DNA of 47,601 nt, taken from Candidatus Omnitrophota bacterium. GTDB lineage: Bacteria; Omnitrophota; Omnitrophia; Omnitrophales; JAQTRP01. The notes below the pieces were generated by a model that saw only the letters and a list, made by a program, of their open reading frames with translations, was not told the DNA's origin and searched no databases. The position numbers and the translations under genes are program-made. This document shows positions 12,301-24,300 of the stretch, piece by piece (the first letter of the stretch is position 1; the number at the start of each line of letters is the position of its first letter). The DNA lies in contig JAQTRP010000002.1 in assembly GCA_028711765.1 (NCBI GenBank), positions 1 to 47,601 on the forward strand. Direction: 5' to 3'.

Positions 12301-15300
12301 GCCCGCTGCCATATATGATGGCGCATGCCTTTTTTAAACAGGCGCAGCATGTTTTTCTCCGTTATATCTTGTTTTATATCCTGTCGCGCAATCTCCTCTA
12401 TGCCAAGGTACTTTTTTAGTTCTCTTACGGCTTCACTTGGCCCAACACAATGAAATTCTCTCATTGCCCATGCCAAGAAACCCGTCAACTTCTTATTGTT
12501 AAACTTGGGTATAGGTTTATAAAAGTCAGAGGTAGTCAAAGCACCCGGCTTTTTTCTACGTGCTTTAGCGAGCAAATTTACCATACGCAGCTTCGCCTTT
12601 TTTGTTGCCCGCTGCCATGTATTGCGTGTGCCCTCTTTGAACAGGCGCAGCACATTTCTCTCCGTTATGTCTTGTCTTATATCTCGTTTTATATCCTGTC
12701 GCGCAATCTCCTCTATGCCAAAATATTTCTTTAGTTCTCTTACGGCTTCACTTGGCCTAACACAATGAAATTCCCCCATTACCCATAGCAAGAGGCCCGC
12801 CAACACCTTATTGTTAAACTTGGGTATAGGTTTATAAAAGTCATGTGCGATCAAAGCGCCCGGCTCTTTCCTGACTGCCTTAGCGAGCAAATTTACCATA
12901 CGCAGCTTCGCCTTTTTTGTTGCCCGCTGCCATATCCTATACACAGTACCCCTTGTAAAGAGATTAAGGATTTCACTTTTTGTTACATCTTGGGCTGAAT
13001 GGTTTTGCCACTTATCCCCCCCCAGCGACGAGCCGGTAAAATCAAGGGGCAAGTGCCAAGGGTCAAGAGTCAAGGCTTCCCTTGCTACTTGACCCTTGCT
13101 ACCTGACCCTGCCTTTCGGCCCAGTGACGATCCAGACTTGACCTCGCGTTCAGTCGGGAGGCGCATGATGTGAGCGAAATACCGGCCGTCGGGGTTATCC
13201 TCCAATATTTTCCTAACCGCGGACTCATAATCGGAAATGTCTTCGCCGTTGTATCTGATATAACCGGCGGGCACCACAAGCGCTTTAAGGCCGGAAAACA
13301 CTTTTTCCGCGATCGGCGCAAGATGCTCCGGCGCGATGATCGCCACCATGTCTTCGGCCTTAACTGCAGGCTCTGCCCCCCACTCACCAAGGACAGTCGC
13401 GCCGTGGGGAACCACCCCGAGCTTGAGTTTCTCGCGCGGCACAACGAAAATAATGCTCTGGCGCTTGGCCTCGGCAGGATCAATCTTCACCCCATAAGAA
13501 CGCGGCCGCTCCTTCGCTATGCTGAAAAGGCCGGTTTTAGGATGGTGGAAAACCTGATTGAAGTACCATTCGTTTAGTTCGCGGACACGCTCTTCGGGAC
13601 TCACGATAGCCCTAAAGTGACGCAACAGTCTCGGATCGACGTCAAGGTCGACCTCGCCAGCCTTGATATAACTCAGATCCTCGACGAACGGCGCGACCAA
13701 GACTGTGTCTTCGCGTTCAATTTGGGGAGTTATTTGGGGATTGAGCAAGAAACCCGCAACGAAATTTTCCGCGTAGCGGTCACCGGACGGTATATGAGGA
13801 ATATTTTTACTGTCGAGCAGATTAAGGGAAAGAAGGCCGTTTTTGCGGACACCCGCAAGCCTTTTTTCGATGACGCGGCGAAGCCGAACGGACAAAGGCG
13901 GCGCCCTGAAATCCGTTTTCTCACCGGCCAAATATCCGCGCGCCTCGCGGATTACCTTGGGAACATTGGAAATTTCTTTATCCTGAGGCAGAATTTTGCA
14001 GAGCGCCTCCGCCCCTTCGGCGTCCGATACGGCAAGCCTGTATTTATTGCCTTTGGCAGGAACTATCAAACCGGCAAGCTCGAGAATCTCAAAATCCTCA
14101 AATGCGGCCTCGGCCGGAAGTTTCGCGGCTTTCAGATAATCCTCAAACTCAAAACTCCTGCCTCTTAGGGCGCGGAAGAGGCTCTTGAAAACACGGCTAA
14201 GGGACATGGCGCTCTCGGTCGCCGAGGCGTAGTCGCAGTAAACATCGGTCGCTTTGATGCCGGAAGAGTCATAATCGGAAGGAACATCGTCGGTAAAAAA
14301 TATTTCGGGCTTTGAACCGTTTATCCAAGCGTTGACGAGCGTAACACCCTTTTGCCTGCCGATTCTCAGGGCGAAATCGAGCAGAGTCTCCTTCAGGCCC
14401 TTGAACAATACCTCAAATTTAGGATCGACATAAAGCGCCTCCCCCGCCGCTACGGTTCTTGGCGTAAGATCCTCGCTGTCAACGCCCGCATCTATATTGC
14501 CAAGATCGTCTGACGAACGAAACCGGTTATATATGTCCATAACGCTACCCGGCCTGCTTATCTTAAAATGTATGAATCCTACTTCGATGCCGCCGTATTC
14601 CGCCGTAATTATGTGCCGGTCCGAATATTTATCGTAACTATCGGGAGATCTGGTTTCATAGCAAAAAACTACCTCGCCGCCGTGATTTATCTTAAGGATA
14701 AGCTTTCCCTTCTCCAACAGGTTCTCTTCAAAGCGATTTTCGGCCTCATCTTCTGTTTCAAGGCCGGCACTCAAGCAAACTTTTATTTCCTTAAAACGCT
14801 CGTCTATCAACTCAAGCGCAGCCTTAACAAACCCGCTCTTTATCTTATATTTATCAACCTTCCGTTGACAGGCTTCGAACTCTTTATTGAGCCGGGTCAG
14901 GACCTTTTCTGCGCCATCGGCATCCTTGTCCCGAATGTCCCTCAACAAATCCTCCGCTTCAAGCTTGAGAAATACCAGCTTCACCCAAACCTCCTTATAT
15001 ATATCTTTCTTCTCGGCGTCGCTTGGTTTCGCACCGGCACTCCCGTGGATTTCCAAATCCTCCGCAGTAACAAAAGGAAGTAGTCCTTTTTTGGCGCGTT
15101 CTTTATTGATATCTCCTTTAACCCCTTTTGCGCCCGGCTTTGTCAAGCCGAGAAGCCGCGCGAGTTCGTCTACCGAAGGAGGATAACCTTTGTCTTTGAT
15201 AAACTTATCATAAGCGCGCATAAAATCCCCGGTCCCGAGCGATTTGCCGTTGTCGTTTCCGGCGGGTTTTTGGTTCTTTGCCTCGTCATCGCTGCGCGCA

Positions 15301-18300
15301 ATACCGGAAATAGGCGCTGAATATTTCGGGGGAGTCGGCTTAACTCTCCAAGAAAATACCTTTTTGATCCATCCCCAAATAGCCCGAAGACAATCCGATA
15401 AATTTTGTCCTGCCTTTATTAAAACAACCGCCGGAAAGTTGCGCCAAGACACCCTGCAAACCCTAAATAATACCTCTGTGCGTATATATTCTCCCGAATG
15501 CTTCCTGCTGAATACTCTGACTCCCGGAACTATTCCTATCGAGTCGCAGCCTTCTTCTTCTGTAATCCCAAACCTTTTTTTGAGTTCCTTCTTCTTCTCA
15601 AAATCCGTTTCCGCCAGATACTCGTAAAGCCGCAGCTTCGCGCGAATTGTCCTCGCGACAACCGTGATGGGATTATTATTCAATACCGCGCTGTCCCTGA
15701 TAGCCGCCCACAAACCCGCAAGACGTACGCCTAACGAGCTACCCAGTGATTTGCCGCGGCCGGATTCACTGGCCATTCTGCCGCGCCAGTCGTTCAGGGC
15801 TTTAAAAGGATCCGGATGAGGAAGGCCCAATCTGCCAAAGTCCTTACCCTCGGCAAGCTCTTTCTCCCAAAGTTCGTCATTTTCGGTGTTAGAATATAAA
15901 ATGTCATACATATCACTGATCAAGCCCTCAATTTGATCTTCATAGAAACCCGCGAGAGATGGCGGCACAAGCTTTACGCAATCTCTGATTATATCTCTTA
16001 ACACGGCGAGGACTGCGCCAACGTCACCAAAGGCTGCCGGATGCGAAAAGGACATCTTGTCGAAATCGAAGCTGACAACATCGCCGGCAATGTTTCTGCC
16101 GGCATTAAAGATCGTAAAATCAACATCAAAAACACCGCGCATCCACAACTGATAGAATAAACTGCAGTAATCAAATATAAGCCTGCGCCCCTCTATATTA
16201 GAAACATTCCAGAGAAGCCCCCTCTTCGGATCTTCCTTGCAGGCAAGGACATCAACATATTCCTGTATCACACCAACCTGCTTGCCTCGGCTGATTATAT
16301 AGCTCTTAGCAGCCAAACCGTTTAGCCTTTTCTGAGCCATTACCAGATTTTCTGCAAGAGATTTAATTAGAGTTTCCTTTTGGAGGATTTTCTCGACCAG
16401 GTACATACCTTCTATAATGTAAACGTTTGTAAAAACTGTCCCCATTGTACTAAGAAGCAGCCTACGCCTGCCTTTGGCGCCATGCGTTATGTGTGCTTTT
16501 CCTCCCCTCAGGTTCTGCAGGAATTCCTTTTCTTTAGGACCGATTTGCTCGAGCAAAGTTGAGACCTCATAATAGGACTTGCTGCTATCTTTCGTCTTTA
16601 TCAATTCCGGCAGGATAAATGGGTTAGAATTACTCCCCAGTGACTTGCCCGACTTAGCGACTCTTTTCTCCTTTAAACTATTTTCCAAGGCCCTAAGCGG
16701 GAAAGGATGCGGCAAGCCCAGAACATCAAACCCTGCACCTTTTTTCAAGTCTTTCTCCCAATAGTAATTTTCACTATAAGGACTTGAGTAAAACAGGTCA
16801 TAGGCATCCGTAATCAGCCCTTCTGTTACCTTCGAGTAAAAATCTGCAAGACGGGCTGGGACAAAATTCACACCGTATCTGACGACATTCCTTAAAAGGC
16901 CGAGTTCGGCACCGACGTCTCCGTGCATAGAACCCGGATAAAAATCCTGCATCTTGTCCCAATCCACAGTCACGAGATCGCCGGCAATATTTACCCCCAC
17001 ATTAAAAATTCCAAAATCAATGTCGAAGATGCCCCTCTGCCACACCCTATAACACAAAGTGCAGTAACCCATAATAAGCCGGCGGCCGACTTCCTCCGGA
17101 ATACGCCATAATAAACCTTTCTCTTTCTCATCAAGCGAAACCAGAATATCGACATACTCCTGGATAAGATTACCCTGGCCTGATACATGCATCTTTGCCA
17201 CTAAGCCGTTCAACCTTCGTCTTACAAAGCTTATCCTCTTCCTGAAATCCTTGATTAGCTTTCCGCTCTCTAGAACCTTCTCAACTAAATTTGTCCCCTT
17301 AGCCATAAAAACATTTGTAAATACCGTACCCCTCCTGCTGAGCGGAACGCGCTTCTTGTTCTGAAGCGCTCTCTCTATCTGTACTCGAGTTCCCGTAAGT
17401 TTCCGCAGATACTGTTGTTCTTCGGTACTTCGCTGTACCAAAACCCGGCATAGCTTCTCGCCCTGCACTGCCATTGCCCCCAGCGATGAACCGGATTTGT
17501 CTTCTGCGACTTTGCCGTTACTCAGCGGTTTGTAAGCGTCGACTAACCGCGTAATATCTTCGCCTCTATCCGCGCGCTCAAGGCATTCTGCAATTACCTC
17601 TATAGCTTTTACTGAGACATCATGTACAAGCTGCGAAACCTTGACCATATTTTCATTTGAGCAAGCTTCCGCGCACTCTTTCACCCTAAGACTTAACGCG
17701 GCTAGCTCACCATATGAGCTTACAGAATCACTAAGCTTTGAATAACCGTTTGCCCTCAAGAGTAAAACACCAGATTTCTTTGCAATCGAGTTAACATGTT
17801 GTATCAAAGAAAACACTTTCTCGATTAATCCCCCGTTATCAGCTGCAAAAGTGTAAATATTATCGAGTCCAACTTTGAATGTTTCCAACTTGCCTTTTAA
17901 ATCATGGCCAGCGCCCAGCTTTATCAATAAAGAACCGGCAACTTTGAGCTCGATAAAAGGATGCAGACCAAGTTTTATTTCGACCGGCAGATTCGGGTCG
18001 CAAGGCGGATATTCTTCGTAAGTATTGTCGAACTGTTCGTGAGAGGGCCCGTGCGAATTCCCCCATCTGTAATAAAGTTCGCGGATAAGGGCATAAATTT
18101 TCCACGCACCGTGAAGCCGTCCTGTCCAGAGTATTCTTTCATCAGCGGTTAAATCCTTTTTGCTTAATTGAGAGAGGGCTTCCCTCTCAAGTACCGGCCC
18201 GCAGAATAAGACATCGCAGATGTAATCCCAAGAATCCTTAGACCCTTCGATTATATCTTTCAGGACATCGACTGAGGCATCAGGATAAATAAAACCAAAA

Positions 18301-21300
18301 TCAGCCCCCACATTGCAGATTTCCGCCGCAAGCTCAGGGTTTGTCATTTTTGATACGCGCCTTGCGCAATCCAACTCTTCCTTACCTGAAAATACCCAGA
18401 GTCCGGGAAATCGGCATAAGTCAAATGCCCTAATTTCCTTCTGCAGTTTTTCAAATTCCTTTCTTAATTTTCTTCCTAACTTCGGACTTTTGGTAATTCC
18501 TATCCGTTCTCTTAATTTCTGCAAGTCGGATGCTTTTTGGACCGCAATTGTTTTTGGATGCCTTGATAGATCGACGCCGTCATCTTCCCGTTCAGTCTTT
18601 TCCCCCAGCGAAGAGCCGGATTGTTCAGCCGGAGGTCTATCATCACGCAGGAACTCGAACCCGTAAGGATGGGCCGGAGGGGACAGGCTTACATAGGCTT
18701 TGATAATGAGAATAGATAAAAACGAAATAACGCCCACGAAGAAGGCAACTATGCTCGCGCCCATAAAATGCAAAACAATCTCGGAGTGGACGGGCTTCGA
18801 TATCCGGTAAGTCCACATAAATGTGGCGAGCCCTGCCGCTAATGCCAAGCCGATAGACCAGCTTATAGAACGATTGCATACAAAATTCCGATCCGGACTT
18901 AAGGCATACTTAAACGCTTCCCGCAACCTGCCCAAAAAAGTGGCCGCGTTGCTTAAGAGTATCTTCGGATCCCAGCCGAAATTTAATAAAATCCTTTCTC
19001 CGTACAATCCCTTAAAGAACTTGAACGACGACTCGGCATTATGGCTTCCGTAGTGTGATTTAATCCCCTCCGCAAAGCTGCCGACGTAACAACTTATCGA
19101 ATCAATATGGGGAAAATAGGCAAGATAAAACCTCGCGAGATTCAAAAGGTCGTTCGACCGGATATCCTTCTCTTTTGCGCCTTCTCTAAAATCGCGGAGA
19201 GGCAGGAATTCCACTCTGATTTTCTTGATGCCCAGCCTTGTTAAATCACGGGGAAGACCTTCCTCAAATATCAAAACCTCAATCGGAAGATCGCACACGC
19301 TTGTGTCCTTTTTCAGCGCGCCCGGTTTTTCAAAATTTATCATGTGCTCTTCTAACAACTGCGAGAGAAAGGTGATTGTTTTAACCGGTTCTCCGGCTTT
19401 CGGTTTTCTCACCTCCGCCGCCTGCCTGTAATCTATAACTAAACCTATAGTCAACTCGCCGTCTTTATGCTTCTTGTCCGGATTAGTCGCGAGTACCGCC
19501 ACGGCGCTATTGATACCCGGAATGTCATCGCGCGACAGTGGGCTTGCCAGTTCCGACAACAAATCCTTCAGTGTCGCTGCTGATTTTCTCTCTCCCTCCT
19601 TCAGTGTTGCTGCCGACATTCTTTCCCAATCCCCACTCTTTTCTATCCGCGCGTCCTGCTCCCACCACCTCGCGACCGCGTTTAAGATCTCATTAGCGTT
19701 TGTGCCAAGTGACGAGCCCGCAGTCCAGTGAGCCTGTGCGCGGGTCAGCCGGTGTGCCGGTTGATTACTTTTAACTTCTGACTTCTGACTTTTGACTTCA
19801 CCTTCCTTCCCCAGCGACCTTCCTAAAACCTGTGGATGGTTCCCTGTCTGCCGCCGGGCGGGAATGGTAAACAGTGAACCGTTTGGAAGCGCCCAGTTGA
19901 AGACCTCGCCGGTTTCCAAATCTAAAACCAAATTGAGCATATTGCCGCCGTAGATGTCCTCTTCAACAACCGGGATTCCAAGACCATCTAAGGTCTGGTA
20001 CACTCGGAAAATGCTATATTTATTATATTCTCTATCCGGATCCGGAATGGAACCGCTGTAGACTTTCGCGACCAAATTTTCCGGCCCGCAGTTCCGCTTC
20101 TTCAATTCGGTTACAGCGTCCGCAATCGCGGCCTCGATATCTGCTACGGGCATAAGATGTAAAAAGCAGCCGCTTTTATTCTTCGCATCATACAAAACCA
20201 AAGCGATGCAAACAGATACGTTATCTGTCGCTATATAACGCTTATCCTTCACATTGCAAGCAACGCCCTGCGACCAGTCGACATAGTCAACCTCTTCGCG
20301 GGATAACTCCATTTCGCTCCGCGCGCGTGGACTTTGGGTAGGCTTGATTCCCTCAAGCAAGCCCTTCCGTAATACCTTTTTCGCGACGCGGTCCAGCGCC
20401 TCTTTGTCGACGCTAGGAAAGTATTTTTTCCATACCCCCAGCGACCTACCCGTGATGCCTACGGGAAGACGGCCTGCTTTCTCGTCAGACCATATGTCAT
20501 ACCACAGCGCTTTTTCCTGTTCGATTTTGCGCGCAATGACAGATGCCGGAACAAAAATCCTAAACAACGTCCCATTTTCCCCTCTTATCCCGTCTCGAAT
20601 CTCAACCTCATAAGGCAGTTTGCATGATATCTTCTTTGCCGGCGAGCCGGACGCCTTAGTCTCGGCTTCGATGAGGCTGGCCTTCAAATCATACATCTCC
20701 TGAAGCGTGAGATTTAAACCCCAACCGGCGCCGCCGGTAAGATACTTCTCGCCAGACTTTGTGCTGTAGGCCCTTTCAAAAATCCTGCCCAGCGATTCTT
20801 TGTCTATGCCTATACCGTTGTCCTCAACTTCAATCACTAAATGTTCGCCTTCTTTTGCGATGGCCAAGCGCAATTTGCCTTCATTGCCTCTAAGCTTTCC
20901 TTCGATTTTTGCTTTGGCAATGGCATCGATAGCGTTCTCGGTAAGATGGAAAAACAAATTTCCTATAATCCAAGCGTCGTAAGCGCTTATTTCAAAACCT
21001 TTGCTGTTGAAAATCACGCGAATCGCCTCCTCGCCGAATAGTCTTTCGGCAATGCGATCGCGCTTCGTTTCCAAATGTTTCCTGAAGGCTGCCTCTTTCT
21101 CTCCAGAAACAGCAACTGGGATAATTTCTTCAAATATAACTTTTCTCCCCAGCGATTTTCCTTCGGAAACGCGCTTGCGTTGGTCGATGAGCCTTCTCAC
21201 CATTTTGAGGCTGTCGGAAAGGCCGCCTATCTTGCTTTCCCGCTCGGATTCGAACCAATGGATGCCGACTTCGCGGATTTTATAACCGGCGGGTTTTGCC

Positions 21301-24300
21301 AAAAGAAGTAATTCGGTATCGAAAGCGGGCGATTTGTCTTTTACGAAAGGAAGGATCCCATAAAGCGCTTCCCTCTTGAATAGTTTAAATCCCCGCTGGG
21401 TGTCTTGAACGCTCCGGAGTTCCGGCAGGATAATCCGCACGCAAAAGCTGTAAATTTTACTCGATAGAATCCCCTGAAGCGACATACCCTCACGACTAGC
21501 ACCAGCCGTCCAGCGGGAACCAATCGCGACATCCGCCTTCTTACGATAAAGCGGCCTGAGCAATAGGCCGATCTCGCGGAGGTCGACTGAGGTATCGACA
21601 TCGGTATAGCCGATATAGTCGGCTTTATTCTCTAACAACGCCGCCCCTAGGCCAAAGTGCACGGCCCCGCCTTTTTTGCCGCCCAAGGCTTTCTTCTCTT
21701 CGGGGGTAACCACCTCGACTGAAAGCTGCTCAGAAAAAAGGCGTTCTCCTTTTTCCCCGTACTCTCTCAGGATTTCCCGCCAAAGTTTCTCTATGTATTT
21801 AGCCGAAGCGGCGTCCGGACTACCATCGTCAACCGCGATCAGTTTCCACTTAAAATTAGGGTTCGCTTTAGTCAATTCCTGAAGCTGGGCCACCTTAAGC
21901 CTTAACGCGTCTTCGCCCTCCGGATTATCGGCGCTCCGCGGTTTAAGCCTCGCTTCTTCGTTATACATAGGCATAACCAACGCCACCGTGACCGGCTCCT
22001 TTATGGTTTTGATGAAGCCGAGCGACCGTCGTATTTTATCCGTCTCCGCCGCGCTCCTGCCCTCACCAAGCGACGAGCCGTTAAAATCCGTCGTCCGTGA
22101 CTCGTCGTCCGTCGTCCGCATTCTGTCTTTTGTTATAAATTGATCACTGACGTCTGACGACTGACGCCTGCCCTCCGTAGCCTTGGCGAAGGAGGGACTG
22201 GCGACTGTTTTCCCGCCCAGCGATGCGCCCGTAGGGCTAAGCGAAGAGCTCCAAACAGATCTCGTTGTCAAATCGAGCGCATTGCGGTACATTACGTAGC
22301 ATTCTTCGATAGACGGGCTGTGCGTCCCGAATATATTAGAAAGGCCGTTGGAAACGGAAACCTCTATGATCGATTCAAGGTCTTTGGCTTGGGCCACCTT
22401 CCTATTCGACGGTTTGTCGGAGAAACTACCAAAATCATCCACGAACAGGACCACTATGTCGTCCTTACGTCTTACCAACTTAAAATTCCCAAGGTGCATA
22501 TCGGAGGTGTCGGGAGCCTCGCCGTAGTACCCAAGGAAATGGAATATCGCGATGATGCCCAACACCTGCCGGGCTATTGCCTCGCCGAGTTTCCGCGCAT
22601 CGCCTCCATAGCAAGCGTATTCTTTCGCGATCTTTTCCAACTGATCCGGACCTATATCTTCGAGGCGCGAACCGTCCTCGTATTCGAAGATGGCTATATT
22701 GGCGGATTCTTCCAGGTTGCTCATATCGAAGGCCGTCGTCTTTCCGTAGATTTCGAGCTCGTTATACGGCAGTGAGTAAAAAGCCACGGGGCGGACAAGC
22801 GACGCATTGGGAAAGCGCTCCAATATTTGGTTTGGTATCTCGAAATCATTGGGGCTTACTATGTGTCTCGCGTACTCATCGTGGTCTTCCTCGCCGGGAA
22901 TCTTTATTTCGAGCGCGAAACTCACGCGTTTGGTTTCGTCCATCCTGAATATTACATGTCTTCTGAATGAATTCGGAGACGGCGTTACATATATCCCGCC
23001 GCCCAGATGGAAATACGTTCCTTCTCTGATGCAATCCGCCAGAACGCCGCCGCACTCTCTGTATATCTCTCTTAACGTCGTCAGTATGCAGAGAAGTTTT
23101 CTGACATTCTCCGGGTTAAAGAGAAGGTTGTACATCGCAGGGTCGCCTGCCATGAGCCTTTCTTTAGCGCCGTCGAATGCGCGTATACCGGCCGGCTCAC
23201 AATCCGGTTTTGCTTCAAGATCGGGCATGCCTTCCGTCGCAAGAAGAGGAAGGATATCCATCCTCTTCGCCATCCTCCGCCAAACGAGAATGGCGGTGGC
23301 ATTATCTCTATCAAACAGCTCTTCTCTGAATAATTTTATTTCGCCGGGCAACAATTGGAGCTTGGGATTCCTTTCGCAAAATATGTCAAGGATGTACAGC
23401 ATAGAAGCTTTTGGCACGAGGTTTTTAGAAAATAGCAAACGCATTAAGTCCAGATCGGACTGGACAGGCTCACGTTTGACTCTTGGGTCGCTAAAATAGG
23501 AAGATACAACATCAAGCAACCTCAGAATCTGCTCTATGTCGACCTCGTCGCGTAAATGGTCGAAGAGTACTTCGTAAAGAGACGGCTTGTTACTAATGGC
23601 CTTCGCAGCAGCGAGGCAGAGATTTTTGCGAACCCGATAACTAAAAATTCCTTTCCTGTATAAAATCAAGAGATCCGCAAAACCTTTATCGGATAATTGA
23701 ATGTCCGGATTTTCATGTATGGCGTGCCATAGGTCCTGACTAACAACACTGGGAGCCTCTTCTGCTACCCCGGCGTCTCTTCTCTTTAAAAAATCAAACA
23801 TACCCCTAAGCGTCATGCTGTTAAAGTACATGCCTCCTGCTTCTTCCTCTGTCCGGCCCAGCGAGGCGCCGCTCCCGAGTTGTGCGTATCGGCTAACATA
23901 TTTGAAGAATCTTTTACGATTATCATAATGCCGAAATTCGGACCCGCCTTCTTTCGCATACCATCTTGCGAGTATTTGGGTGATGCTCTCCGTTTTAATG
24001 TCTCCCAATATCGCTTCAGGAGGCGGATTGGTCATTAATGCGGCATGGTCGCACGTAAAAAGCTTTCCATCGGCTCCGACAAACAGAAAGATTCTACCGG
24101 CTGCACGATGCCCTGTCGTTACATCAAAAGGATTCAATGTTCTCGCAAATATCCCTTCCTCTTTATCAAAGTCTTTGGCGCCGCCCTGCGCGATAAGATG
24201 ATTCACGTACACTTCGTCTGTCGAGGGATTCAAATGGTACCGTTCGAAAATATGCTTGCGCTCTTCGCCTCCATGGCCAGGTGCGGAAGCCAGCCGAACG

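Noticed and set aside
20787-20801. KESLG as an additional punctuation site
   Set aside because: It lies inside the G1/F-box region of a GHKL ATPase (DNGIGIDKESLGRIFERAYSTK), where this sequence is a normal family feature. It is not at a module boundary.
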